Origin: the human T2T-CHM13v2.0 reference genome, Homo sapiens
Length of the DNA: 64,000 nt
Assembly: GCF_009914755.1 (NCBI RefSeq)
Contig: NC_060931.1
Direction: 5' to 3' (one strand)
The notes beneath the pieces are model-generated. The model did not search any database and had not been told where the DNA came from. It was given only the letters and a program-made list of their open reading frames with translations. A program made the position numbers and the translations under genes. This document shows positions 41,001-54,179 of this stretch, in pieces. The stretch's first letter is position 1. Each line of letters opens with the position of its first letter.

Positions 41001-42540
41001 ACAGATGAATCCCATTTGTGACATTAATGAATTCTCTTATAGGGAAAATAAAACGATTGAAACTGGGCCATCTTGGACAGCTGAGGCCCAGGCAGGGCCA
41101 GCTCCTTCCACCTTCCCAGCCAAGATGCTGCCTGCAGCCCCTCCCCTCCTGGCCCGAGATGCTGTCATTGTCCCTAAGAGACCCTGAGGCCTGCTCCAGG
41201 CTGAGTGGGTGAGGAGCCTCTGAGCAGGCGCCTGCGTCGAGGCGTGCCCTCCTGAGAGGCAAGGCTGACCTGCAGCGTCCAGCTCGGCTGGGGACACTCG
41301 CCTGAGAAGAGCCCAGTCCTGGGTGCCTCCCTAGGGGAGGGCCTTGGGGCTGCTTGTGCTGGCACCGACGTGGGCCTGGGGAGGGACCTGTGTGTGGGTG
41401 GCAGGTCTTGAGGAGTCGTGGGGGAGGGTTTCGGGGGGAGATGCTGGTGGTAACAGTGGGAGGTAGGCAGTGAAACCAGCAGTGTGACTTTGGAGGTGCT
41501 GGAGGAGCAGGGCCTGGCGGAAGAAGTGGGGGAGCCAGGAAGGAGCAGCTGCCAGGGACGGCCTGGCCTGGGAGGGTGGCCAGGAACTGGGGGAGAAGCT
41601 GGTGGTCAAGCTGGTGGTCTCTCAGTGCAAGGGTGGGGCTGGCCTGGAGGAGAGGCCCACAGGGTCCCTGCTGGCTGAGGGTGCAGTGGCGGGCCCCGGA
41701 AGCTGAATATCACCCCCGCCACCGGGCAGGCAGTGCTCAGAGTGAAACGGGTGACTGGAGGGCATGTGCCAGCTCTGTTCCTCAAGCCTGGCCCAAGAGG
41801 GACCTGCAGCATGGGGTTGGGGGGCAGGCGGCCCTTCTCTGTGGTCTCTCCTGCCTTCTGAGGGAGCCTCCAGAATCTTTCATCGCCGCCACAACAAACT
41901 CAGGCTTTCGTGTAGGAAAAGAGCCCACTTCTGAAGAGGCTCATCTGGGCTTTCTCTCCCAGCCTCTAAGTCTCCCATCACCTGGCTCCCCGTTCCTCTT
42001 TCCCTTGAAGGAAGTCAGCAGAGTGCATGGCTGACGGGAAAGAAGGCACAGCGGGCCTGCCCAGTGGGGGGAGAAGCCAGGCCATTGTTCTCCAGTTCCA
42101 GGATGCCCTGCTTCCCCAGACAGCCCGGCAGCCAGGAAAAGGAAGTCTCTGGGCACAGAGGCAAGCGGGAGACCACGGACAGGCAAGGAGTCGAAGGCTC
42201 CACCCGCCTGGGCCAGGCCAGGCTCCCACAGAACCCCTCTGCGGCCAGGCAGGCACATGGGGCCCAGGCCATCCCCCTCACTCGGACGCAGGTGTGGCGA
42301 CGGCGGGGGAGGGGCGTCCACAGTAGAGCCCAGAACCTTGCGCAGGACAGGACCCCGGCTAATGTGCCCGGAACAGCTCAGTGACAGGGAGCTGGGTTGG
42401 CTGTGAGGGTCGGGCACGCGTCACGAGTCTCCTGTGACCAGGAGAGGTGGGAACACTGGCTCACATGACTCGCCAGGCCCTGGCACGCTGTGGTTCTGTG
42501 GGTGCCCCCTGCAGCTCCCAGCCTTCAAAATGTACACCTC

Positions 42541-42855
<315 letters not shown>

Positions 42856-44344
42856 TCATGCTCACTTCTCTGGGAGCCATGGCTAACAGCCTGCAGGCAG
42901 GAGACTCTCAAACCAGCTCCTGGAGGGCACTCCCAGGGACCCTGTTCCTACCACGAGCCAGAGAGGAGGCGGGTCAAGGAGACTTGTCCACCCAGGCGTG
43001 GCCGAGGAAGGGGTTTCCTCACGCTCTGCTGACCTGCCTTCCTTCCATGCCTCTCAGCCCAGCTCCTGACAAAGGCGGGAACCTGAGCTCCTCGGCTTTA
43101 GGAACGTCCCCCAGAGCCCACGGAGCAGCCCGCCCCAGCTGCCTTCCCTCCCAAGATCTCCAGGTAATGCCTGGTAAAAGGAGGGCTCCAGGGAGAATGT
43201 TGGGGCCAACACGCAAAGCGCGTCACCTTCCAACCGGCGGAGAGTGAAGGAAAACAGGTACGGCTCGGCTTGTAACCTTCACTGGAAACAGAAACCATCC
43301 TCATCATTGATACCTGGTGAACTGCACAGAGAGCAACCTGCAGCTTTGGAAGTTTATAAATCCTTCAGTATTTGTCAGCTGCCAGTAAACAAAAATGCAC
43401 ACAGGAGAACTTTCCACCTGAACCCCACCTGGAGGCCGGCGTTCCCAGGTCCCGGCTGGGGTGACAGCACGCACTCGAGAGCCGGTTCAGGGCGAGTGGG
43501 ACGCACGTGAGCGCAGGGAGGAAATGCCAGCAGATCCCACTCCACGTGACCGCCTCCCAAGAATCGAGCCATTCTTAGCCCTGCAGACGCTGGCTGCCTC
43601 CCTCTGACTTGGCCTCACGGCGGGGCAGGCATTAGCAGTCCAGGCAGCTTCTCTCTGACTCCCTGCAAGGAGGGGTGCGGCGGGCAAGAGGCTGGCCCCA
43701 CGCGGTTCCACCTGCAGGAGAGCCCTCGCAGGAGGCTCCGTGTGTGGGGCCGGCTCAGCTTTTCTCTGGCCATGCCCATGTCCCTTCTGTGCACGGAGAC
43801 ACCAGATGCACGTGCTCCCCTCTCTGCTTCCGACCTGAACCTGCCCTCGGCCTCCGCTGTGCCTCTGAGGACTCCTGTGTCCTGTGGGCTGAGTGAGCAT
43901 GGCCAGGCCTTCGCTCGACAGTAGACCCTTCTGTTGATTTCCTCACGGAAAAAAGGGTTCGTAACCAACATCTCAAGCACACTGAACACCAGGGGCGGCT
44001 GCATGGACCTGGACACGTGTCTGCCTGACCTGCCCCCAGGCTCTCGGTGGGATGCCCCGCAGCGATGCAGACAGGGGCCTGCGGGCAGAGGCCACGGCCT
44101 CCATGAGCCAGGCTATCAGAAAGGTGGGACAAGAGGCCAGCTGTGCTCAGTTTGCAGTGCGGTCCCGTCCAAGCACGGCCCCTCGTTTCTGGAACCCGGC
44201 TGTAAACAGCAGGAGGGAGGGGCGGTGGCGCCTGCCAAGGGAGGCAGAGGCCCTGCGGGGAACTTACCAGAGGAAAACAAGTGCTTGCATCCTGGGGCCC
44301 TCACACGCACGCGCAGGCGGCCAGGCGCGCTGCTGATAAGAGCC

Positions 44345-44477
44345 TGCGGGTTTGCAGAGAAGCGCAGCAGCGCGCAGGTCCTCACCAGAGCTCTGGTGGC
44401 CACCTCTGTCCCGCCATGCTGCTCACCGACAGTGGCCAGGGCCCACAGCACCAAGAGGCTTGGGCCACAAAGTAAAG
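44345..44477 (+). other. GPR146: Candidate alternative non-coding first exon of GPR146 (start approximate)
   Basis: CpG-rich patch, TGATAA at 44334-44339, donor AAG|GTGAGA with GT at 44478. Confidence 0.55.
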
Positions 44478-46457
44478 GTGAGAGCCTGTGGTGCCCGCAG
44501 GTGGGAGAGGGGACGTGGGGGGCTCTGTGCAGTACAGGCAGGAGAGGGGACGTGGGGGACTCTGTGCAGCACAGGTGGGAGAGAGGACGCAGGGGGTTCT
44601 GTACAGTGCCACCGGTGGACATCTCTAAGTAGGGAATGAAGGGGTGCCGAGACAGAGCACACTGAGGGGTCCCGGCCCTTGGCAAGCTCTGTGGGGTGAA
44701 GGTGGCCGGCCGGGTGTGCCCTCCTGTCAGTGACTGGAGGCAGCACACAAGGCACACAGTGAGACAGCCCTCCCGCTCCGATCTTCTAATCACAGACCCT
44801 GGACAGATCCGGGGGCCCTGGGCGCCCCGTGAGGCCAGGCCAGGCTGCTGACTGACACCCAGTCACAGTGGCCTGTGTTTCCTGGGGACTCAAGTGGAGT
44901 CTGGGGGGTGACGTCCCCAAACTGGGCTGCCACTCTGTGACAGCCAAAGCCACGCAGCCTCGCAGGCAGAAGCTGGGGTGTGGAGGACCACGATCCTGAA
45001 GAACCCCGTCCTCTGGACCCTGGCGCAGCAGGAGGGGAGAAGCCCGCAGAGGCCCGGACGCCCCCCTCACCGGCCCCCGCCACTGTGCTTGGAGCAGGTG
45101 CATCCTGTCTGGAGCTTGTGCTGGCCCGGCGAGTGGAGCCCAGAGCCCATCCCCCACTACCAACATCCCCCAGATTGCTGCCTGCCTGGCCGAGGAGGTG
45201 CTGGTCAAGATGTGTTAGTGAGGAGCTAGACAAGATGAGCACGTGAGAAGCAGGGGCCAGGGAGCCTGGACCCAGGACCTGGGGGTGCTGTGGCAGCGCT
45301 GTGGCGGCACTGTGGCTGGGCACACCCAGCAGCGGCCTAGCTCTGCATGCCTGTCACCACCTGACCCTCACTGCGGCTGCTGGGCGGCATTCACCAGGAT
45401 TGCACAATGACCCACACCTCCCGTCCTGCCCACCAGCCTCTGGATGGGAATTCCCACATCTACCCACCCGCCCATCTGCCAGCTGCCTGCATGCCTAGCC
45501 ACAGGGCCGTGTCTCCTGCTGTGGGGCGCACACTGCTATTGGCACTGGGGACCTCGGGCCCTGGCCCCTCCGTGCTCTCCACCTCCCGAGCCTCCTCTTC
45601 CCGCCCTGCTGTGGCCCTGTGTGTGGTGTGGGTCTTGCAGTGGCAGGACTCCAGTGGCGGGTGAGGACCCACTCCCGCAGCCGGCCTCCTCACTGCTCTT
45701 GCCTCCGGGCATGGGAACGATGCCGTCTGCTCGTCTGCCTGAGACGCTTTCTACTCCACTCCGAGAGTAGGAGGTCAGCCGGGGCCAAATGACATGGTGG
45801 ACATCAGGCTTCCCGAGATAGCTGTAGGTCCCTGAGGAATGCCTGTGCTTTGGCGGGGTGGGGGGGTGGGGGTGGCGAAATTCTTACTCTAGGATGGCTC
45901 CAGCCGCCAGGTTCTCATTCAGTGACGTCAAGACTGGCTATGTCCCCATGTCCCCAGAGCCTCCTGTGGGCTGCGACCCACAGGTCACCCTCCCTGGAGC
46001 CCAGGCTCTGCAAGGACTCCAAGGCACCGGGTCCTGAGCTGCCGGGAGGGAGGGAGGGAGGCTCAGGGCTGACCGTCCACATTGCCTGTCCCTCCCGGCG
46101 CTGGCAAGATGCGAACACCACAGACATCTAGTAAACTTCGGGAATCACTGTGCGGGGCCCGTCCAACCAACTCAGGACGACCACCCAGGCCTCGCAGCAG
46201 CCCGTGAAGAGTGGGCTCTGAGAATGTGGGGCACACCAGGCTCCCTCTCTGGTCCCCAACCCCAGCCGCTGAAATAAGTGCAGCCACAGCAGCCCCCGGT
46301 CACGACCCGAGACGGCCATTTTTCAACGCTCAACTTCACTTTCACAGAAATGCACCAAAGGCAGCCTCGCTCTGTGGTCTGCAGCGATTACTGCACCAGG
46401 AGAAGGCACCCCTGTACCTGCAGCACTTCTGGGCCAGGGCTTTGGGACGGGACGCGA

Positions 46458-46485
46458 GCTGACCACCTGTTCCTTCTTTCCGCAG
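46458..46485 (+). promoter_or_regulatory. GPR146: Splice acceptor of the GPR146 coding exon
   Basis: Branch point gctgac, polypyrimidine tract tgttccttctttcc, CAG; exon starts at 46486, 24 nt before Kozak gccgccATG. Confidence 0.85.
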
Positions 46486-46509
46486 GGTCGCGGAGCCTCG
46501 CCGGCCGCC

Positions 46510-47511
46510 ATGTGGAGCTGCAGCTGGTTCAACGGCACAGGGCTGGTGGAGGAGCTGCCTGCCTGCCAGGACCTGCAGCTGGGGCTGTCACTGTTGTCGC
46601 TGCTGGGCCTGGTGGTGGGCGTGCCAGTGGGCCTGTGCTACAACGCCCTGCTGGTGCTGGCCAACCTACACAGCAAGGCCAGCATGACCATGCCGGACGT
46701 GTACTTTGTCAACATGGCAGTGGCAGGCCTGGTGCTCAGCGCCCTGGCCCCTGTGCACCTGCTCGGCCCCCCGAGCTCCCGGTGGGCACTGTGGAGTGTG
46801 GGCGGCGAAGTCCACGTGGCACTGCAGATCCCCTTCAATGTGTCCTCACTGGTGGCCATGTACTCCACCGCCCTGCTGAGCCTCGACCACTACATCGAGC
46901 GTGCACTGCCGCGGACCTACATGGCCAGCGTGTACAACACGCGGCACGTGTGCGGCTTCGTGTGGGGTGGCGCGCTGCTGACCAGCTTCTCCTCGCTGCT
47001 CTTCTACATCTGCAGCCATGTGTCCACCCGCGCGCTAGAGTGCGCCAAGATGCAGAACGCAGAAGCTGCCGACGCCACGCTGGTGTTCATCGGCTACGTG
47101 GTGCCAGCACTGGCCACCCTCTACGCGCTGGTGCTACTCTCCCGCGTCCGCAGGGAGGACACGCCCCTGGACCGGGACACGGGCCGGCTGGAGCCCTCGG
47201 CACACAGGCTGCTGGTGGCCACCGTGTGCACGCAGTTTGGGCTCTGGACGCCACACTATCTGATCCTGCTGGGGCACACGGTCATCATCTCGCGAGGGAA
47301 GCCCGTGGACGCACACTACCTGGGGCTACTGCACTTTGTGAAGGATTTCTCCAAACTCCTGGCCTTCTCCAGCAGCTTTGTGACACCACTTCTCTACCGC
47401 TACATGAACCAGAGCTTCCCCAGCAAGCTCCAACGGCTGATGAAAAAGCTGCCCTGCGGGGACCGGCACTGCTCCCCGGACCACATGGGGGTGCAGCAGG
47501 TGCTGGCGTAG
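46510..47511 (+). CDS. GPR146: G-protein coupled receptor 146 (333 aa, class A 7TM)
   Basis: [20 protein letters not shown]... recognised; seven hydrophobic segments, N-glycosylation NGT, DHY, LWTP and TPLLY motifs; strong Kozak; GC3-rich codons. Confidence 0.98.
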
Positions 47512-48236
47512 GCGGCCCAGCCCTCCTGGGGAGACGTGACTCTGGTGGACGCAGAGCACTTAGTTACCCTGGACGCTCCCCACATCCTTCCAGAAGGAGA
47601 CGAGCTGCTGGAAGAGAAGCAGGAGGGGTGTTTTTCTTGAAGTTTCCTTTTTCCCACAAATGCCACTCTTGGGCCAAGGCTGTGGTCCCCGTGGCTGGCA
47701 TCTGGCTTGAGTCTCCCCGAGGCCTGTGCGTCTCCCAAACACGCAGCTCAAGGTCCACATCCGCAAAAGCCTCCTCGCCTTCAGCCTCCTCAGCATTCAG
47801 TTTGTCAATGAAGTGATGAAAGCTTAGAGCCAGTATTTATACTTTGTGGTTAAAATACTTGATTCCCCCTTGTTTGTTTTACAAAAACAGATGTTTCCTA
47901 GAAAAATGACAAATAGTAAAATGAACAAAACCCTACGAAAGAATGGCAACAGCCAGGGTGGCCGGGCCCTGCCAGTGGGCGGCGTGTGCTAGCAAGGCCT
48001 GCCGGGTGTGCCGCAGTCACCACAGGGTTCTGAGAACATTTCACAGAAGTGCCTGAGACGCGGAGACATGGCTGGTGTTAAATGGAGCTATTCAATAGCA
48101 GTGACGCGCTCTCCTCAGCCACCAAATGTCCCTGACACCCTCCCCAGCCCCCACAGATAACATCAGCTGAGGTTTTTTTCAGTATGAACCTGTCCTAAAT
48201 CAATTCCTCAAAGTGTGCACAAAACTAAAGAATATA

Positions 48237-48242
48237 AATAAA
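48237..48242 (+). terminator. GPR146: GPR146 polyadenylation signal AATAAA (3' UTR ~47512-48258)
   Basis: AATAAA followed by a GU-rich element ggtgtgttaggatttct. Confidence 0.8.
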
Positions 48243-48477
48243 CAAAAGAAAGGTGTGTTAGGATTTCTGACTGAATACCAGAGCTGAAGGGCCCCCAGGG
48301 GACAGAGGGCTGGAGGCTGTGTCACACGGGGTCTGGTGGGAGGGCCAGGGTGGAACCTTAGGCCAGCTCCGAAGGCACCTGGGACCAGCATCCGTATCTC
48401 CGCGGCCCTCGCAGCCTCAGATGGGGCCCGGACCGGCCTGTTCCACTTGAGCGAACAGGTCTGCAGTGAGGAGGGTC

Positions 48478-49032
48478 CATAGTGGGGCGGGTCCGTAGTG
48501 GGGCGGGTCTGTAGTGAGGCGGGTCTTAGTGAGGTGGGTCTTAGTGGGGCGGGTCGGTAGTGAGGCGGTTCCTAGTGAGGCGGGTCCCGAGTGGGGCGGG
48601 TCAGTAGGTGGTTCTTAGTGGGGCGGGTCTTAGTGAGGCAGGTCTTAGGGGGGCGGGTCCATAGTGAGGCGGGTCCGTAGTGGGGCGGGTCTGTAGTGAG
48701 GCGGGTCTTAGCGGGGCGGGTCCGTAATGAGGCGGGTCTTAGGCAGGCCCGTAGTGGGGCGGGTCTGTAGTGGGGCGGGTCTGTAGTGAGGCGGGTCCGT
48801 AGTGGGGCGGGTCTGTAGTGGGGCGGGTCCGTAGTGAGGCGGGTCTTAGTGAGGCGGGTCTTAGTGAGGCAGGTCTTAGTGGGGCGGGTCCGTAATGAGG
48901 CGGGTCTTAGGCGGGCCCGTAGTGGGGCGGGTCTTAGTGGGGCGGGTCTTAGTGGGGCGGGTCTGTAGTGGGGCGGGTCCGTAGTGAAGCGGGTCCGTAG
49001 TGAGGCGGGTCTTAGTGAGGCGGGTCTATAGT
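48478..49032. repeat. 15-16-bp VNTR, ~35 copies, tagtg(g/a)ggcgggtc(cg/t/tg)
   Basis: Direct inspection; most units carry GGCGGG. Confidence 0.95.
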
Positions 49033-50689
49033 CAGGGGCAATTGTTCCTCGTCAGCCTGGCTGGAGACCTTCCACCCATTGGGATTTTGTAAAACATCTA
49101 CTTTAAAATGTGGCCGTGAGAAAAGCCCCCATTCCTCCCCACCATCTGTTCGCCTCTCCCCGATTTTCTAGGATTAAAGTATAGGCCTGCAATCCCCTAC
49201 CTCCAATTCTAAAGCCCACAAAGCTCTGAAAACAGGAAGATGTTCCCCCCAAGTTTGCGGCAAATTCACTGGGCAGCGATCCCTGACCTGAAGGGGTGTG
49301 AGAGCTTCATGTCCATGAGGACCCCACCCCTTCTGAAGACGGGCGATGTGGCTGTGGGAGCTGCCCTGAGCGCCCCGGGGTTCTGTGGCACACTTCCTCC
49401 CCACAGCCTGAACGCGCTGGAATTCTGAGTATGCCCGGCCCCAGGGACAGTGGGGGTAGGGTGGGGGGAGTGGCACCTTGCAGCCATCGACGTGGGGACG
49501 TCACGCTCTGGTCCCAGTCTCCTGGGAATTCAGCCACGAGGTCACTGGCATTATTCATCACGTGCTGCAAGCAGGTCAGAGTCGGCCTCGTGAGGACGCG
49601 GCTCTGGGTGGCTCCTGCGGGGAGCTCAGACCCGCGGGACAGGCTCCTAAGCCGTGGGATTAGAGAACAGTTTTCTGAGCTGTTTCTGTCAGTGTTTGGT
49701 TTTCAGGTGTGAACCTTTAAAGCCGCAGGCCTGACCTCCCTCCCAGTCCCTCTGGAGCCGGAGCTGGTGTAAGGGCCGCGTCTCTGATGGTCCTGGGCTT
49801 CCCATCTCCATGCCTGCGCGGAAACCCTGGCATCCGATGAGGAAGTGATCACACAAGCCCACAGAACCCTGCCCAGCGGCTGGCGCCGTCAGCCCAACCC
49901 TCCTACCCCTGCAGCCCAGCTCTGCAGGGTGGGGTGTCCGTGCTTGAACCAGGAGACCCTCTTCCTGGCCGATACTTTCCAGCCCCCCTTGGCTCCACGC
50001 TGAGCTCCCAGGAAAGGGGCGGACCCCACACACAGGTGAGGGTGGCACTGGGCTGCCTCTGCCCGGGAATTACACCATCCAACTATCCTCCCCAAAGGCA
50101 GGAGGGGCCTAAAATCACTATTTCAATTTCTCAGTGGCTTTGGGTGCAAACTGGCTCATTTCTGTGGGTCTGTTGCAGGGACTGGCCTGCATTCAATACC
50201 CCTCATCCCACCCTGCTGGGTGGCCCTGTGGAGGGCCCCAGGGACACCCTGCTGCCTGGTCAGCTGTTTGTTCCTGGTGGGCCCCACACAGGGCAGGCAC
50301 ATGCCTCCAGCGCAGACCCTCGCCTGCTACCTGAGACACTTCACTGTGCACCATGGCCTGCCCCAACCCCCTACCCAGCGAGTCCCCTCCTCATCCCCAG
50401 GTTCCCGCCAGCCTCTGCTGCCTGAGACCCTCCACTGAGCGCCAAGGCCTCCGTCCTCATCCCCAGGCTCCCGCCAGTCTCTGTGGCTGCTTCCCAGGAG
50501 CTGCGTCGCTGACTGTTCCTGAGACACCTGCTCATCTATATTCTATGTTGCCTTCACCTGGGAAGATTCGGCACCTCCTGAGCCTCCTGCCGCCCCTGAG
50601 AGATTCCCAAAGCCTTCACCTCATCACACACAGAACACAAGAACTTGAGCCACTCGGGGCAGAAAAAGGAGCTACTTGTAAAAAGTCAA

Positions 50690-50987
50690 GGTAGTCATCT
50701 GCCCAACTCCCCAGTTCTTCCAGGCAGCCGTCTCCCCAACTCCCCAATTCTTCCAGGCAGCCATCTCCCCGACTCCCCAATTCTTCCAGGCAGCCATCTC
50801 CCCAACTCCCCAATTCTTCCAAGCAGCCATCTCCCCGACTCCCCAATTCTTCCAGGCAGCCATCTCCCCAACTCCCCAATTCTTCCAAGCAGCCGTCTCC
50901 CCGACTCCCTAGTTCTTCCAGGCAGCCATCTCTCCAACTGCTTAATTCTTCCAGGCAGCCGTCTGCCCAACTCCCCAATTCTTCCCC
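50690..50987. repeat. 33-bp VNTR, ~9 copies
   Basis: cccaactccccaattcttccaggcagccatctc units. Confidence 0.93.
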
Positions 50988-51837
50988 AGTTTGTGAGACA
51001 CCAGGATGCGAGTTTTTCAGCGCGTGACGTCCCAGGGTCAATGATATTGCTACCAACACTTCTTGACTACTATAGTTCAAAAATCATTCATCTTATTTTT
51101 GTTTATCCACAAAAAAACCTTGCCCTGCTTCCTTAAGTAAGATTCCAGAAAGGGAGTTTAGTTGTAGATTCACTTCATTAAAGTTCTAAGAGTTATTGTA
51201 GGAAGCTGGATCTAGTGTGAATTGTGGCGAAGAGATCAGGAAATCTACACACGTCTTCTTTCATACACAGCACACGACAGAGGGAAAGCAGGAATAGTAA
51301 CCGTAACAGAAAGTATCATAAAATTGGTTATTTCCCCTCGAATTGTACGTCTTAATACTTTCGGTTACCCCTCTGTAGTTCCTCTTTGCAGAAATTCTGT
51401 CCACCCAATCACCCAGGAGTGGTTCCACTTCACACACGCCCGGCACGCAAACCATGTCTCCACACGTCTCAAACGGTAGCAGAGGGAGTACCTTGGCTGC
51501 TGGCGAAGGAGTAAGCCACGCGGGCTGAAGGAGCAGGCCTGCCCCACACAGGCGTTACTCCTCCCAGAAAAATAAGAATAAAGTCACCATTGACTACACC
51601 CCTGAGGGCTTCTGTGGCCCTGAGGATGGAACTGAGGTGTTGGGGTATCCTGCAGCCCTCCCAAGGATTCCGGCAGAAGTGAGAGCACACGTTCCTGCCT
51701 CCGCCCTGCTGCACAGGGCAGCCTGGCAAGAGCTGTATGGCGGTGCGCACGGTCCGCACTCCGTCAGGTTGGGAAGTGAAGGAAGAGCAGAGAATCTAGG
51801 CAGGAAGCATAACGTGAACATGCCCATTTCACATGTA

Positions 51838-51960
51838 CCCCTACTCCTACCCCTAACCCCTAACTCTAACCAACTTAAACCTCACCTAAACACCCTATTC
51901 CTAACCCCCTAACCACCCTAACCCTAACCCTCAACACCCTCATCTGAACCCTAACCCTTA
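51838..51960 (+). repeat. Degenerate telomere-like (CCCTAA)n tract
   Basis: ccctaacccctaac...ccctaaccctaaccct...ccctaaccctta. Confidence 0.65.
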
Positions 51961-52399
51961 CAGAATCGCTCTGGGCCTGCCTGGCTTTGCCAAGCCTGAG
52001 CGTGTGAGTGCATCTGACCTGCCCCCTCCGTTCTCTCTGGGCTCCTCCATCCTGTGTCTTCTGGCATCGCTCACAGACCCACGCCCCATCCTGCTCAGCC
52101 ACCTTGACTCGCTGGGGGACCACAAGATGAACACAGCTCTGACACTGCCAGCTGACCCCGGCCACATCTGGGGCTTCCACGCGACGCTGTCCCCAAACAG
52201 CAAATCTTTGGGTACAGATGGGAGGTGTCCTGAGGCTGGGACAAGGACTGGGCAGGGGCTGGCAGCCGGTCTGGCAACATAAGCAAGCCCCTGGCTTTCC
52301 CTCTGCTCACTGCCTTGGCTCTCTTCCTCACTCTGTGACTGATCGGGTGCTCCTGAGAAACGGGCTCCCTGTGCTGCTCCTGGGGTGTGCGTCATTTTC

Positions 52400-53030
52400 C
52401 CGTGTCCCGTGTCCTACGGGTTCCAGGCACTACAATTCACTGGTCCACTCTGCTGCTGACAAACATGGGGACTGTTTCCAACTTCAGGCGTTCGTGCACG
52501 AAGCGGCGCTGTTCTGCCGTGTCTCCCAGCGCCCACCATGGGCCCCTGCGTGGGGCACTCCTCGGGCAGACACAGCCTCAGCCGCGCACGCTCACCAAGT
52601 GTGGTCTCACGTCCTCACCTGCCCTTGGTGCCATGTGTCTCTGGTATTTTGTGCCAAGCCAGGGGAGGATTAAGGCATTTCCCATCTTAATGACGTCTTG
52701 GCCTCTCCAAAGAAGCGCCTCTTTAGGGATTCTGCCCACGTTTCTAAGTGATGTAAGGTCCTTCCTGGTTTGATCTGAATGTGGGCCCTTGCCACGGCTC
52801 CTTAATCTAACTGTACCCCTGTACCTGTGCTGTTCTCTTTCCACAGAAGGGCGAGCTCTACCACACCACAGAGAAGTCAGAGCTCCGCAAGTCCCCACCT
52901 GGAAGATGGAAGACCCCTCAGAAACAGCCTGTTCTTCCCTCTGCAGAGGTGGGGGGCAGGGGGACTAGCCACACTCAAAACTGGCAGCCTCTGAGGGGAG
53001 GGAGTCACTTCAACATCTCGAACTTTAGAC
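52400..53030 (-). mobile_element. Highly diverged L1M remnant, antisense
   Basis: tccactctgctgctgacaaacatggggactgtttccaac..., ctgcccacgtttctaagtg... Confidence 0.5.
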
Positions 53031-54179
53031 AGATGTGTGTGCCTCAGGCAGCATACACACACACATACATGCGTGCAAGCATGCACACATATGCAAGCAC
53101 GCATGCACACACACAAACACACACGTCTGTCTCCTCCCCGGGAACACCGTGACCGGAAGAGGCTTCACACGCGTCGGCTGCAGGGTAGGAGACCCGACAC
53201 AGCGCCGGGTCCTGATGGGCTGTGACGTGAAGATGGGGAGACCAGGCCCTTAGCAGCCACAGAACAGGCCCCGGAAAGACGCACGATGGCTCCACTCTTG
53301 GAAGCAGATGGTGGCTCTGTAGGGAGACAAGGCTTACCTTGCTCCAGGGACTCTGAGGAGACGCTGTGCAGGGAGGCTGCCCCCAGCAGGAGACATGGAA
53401 GGTGAGGGCAGAAGGAACAGCGGTGGGGAGCAGGGGCACTGACAGGTTCCAGACCCTGACCCTGAGCTTCCCACAGCGCCTAAACGCAACACCCTGACTC
53501 CTGAGAGGAAGGGAGGGAATCCCGAGCTGACCTCACACAGGAGAACCGAAGCTCAAAGCTCAAGTGTCACCCTGAAAGGCACCGGCAGACAAAGGCTGAG
53601 TCTCCAGAGCCAGCCCTGCATCCACCCAAACTAGCGTGGTGCAGGGACTCCTCCCTCGGCCGAGTCACCTGGCCCCAGACTGTCGGATGTGGGGCCAGCA
53701 GGGACCCTGGGGGACGCCCCATGGACACGAGGGAGACTGAAGCCCAGAGGGTCCCACAGCAGTGAGCAGCCCCTGCTGCCAGGCTCCAGGGCTCCAGAAG
53801 CCCCAGCCCACCCCACACTCAGGGCGCACAGAAGGCCCCAGGAGGGAGGGTGGGAAACGCCGGGTCAAGCGAGCAGCATCCGATTCTTTTCTGCAGGACA
53901 TCTGAGCTGTGCCACACACACTAAGGCTTCTAAAGAGAAAAGACAGCGTTCCCCGCTGTCCAACCCTAATCATCACAGGACGCTTTCTGCAGAGCCCCTT
54001 GGGGCACGAAGATTCTTCCCAGCACCAGTCTGAGAAACGATGAGGCCCTGGGCAGGAGGAAACATGGCCCCATCCTGTTCTAGGGGCCACGGCACCCCTT
54101 GGGGCCCCTCTCCAGACCCAAGGCTGGACAGGCTGGCTTCCTGCCCAGCTCCAGCCAACTGGCATACACTAAGTGTGCA

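Noticed and set aside
46278-47816. 512-codon alternative-frame ORF overlapping GPR146
   Set aside because: It begins at GTG in the intron and has no ATG in the exonic part until the last codons. Lack of stops in this frame is expected from the scarcity of T at third codon positions in a GC3-rich CDS.
47555-47840. AGCACTTA miR-302/372-type site and a single TATTTAT element in the 3' UTR
   Set aside because: Isolated short motifs; conservation cannot be assessed from this window
48022-48027. miR-339-5p site in the GPR146 3' UTR (possible feedback loop)
   Set aside because: Only a 6-mer seed match (ACAGGG), expected by chance
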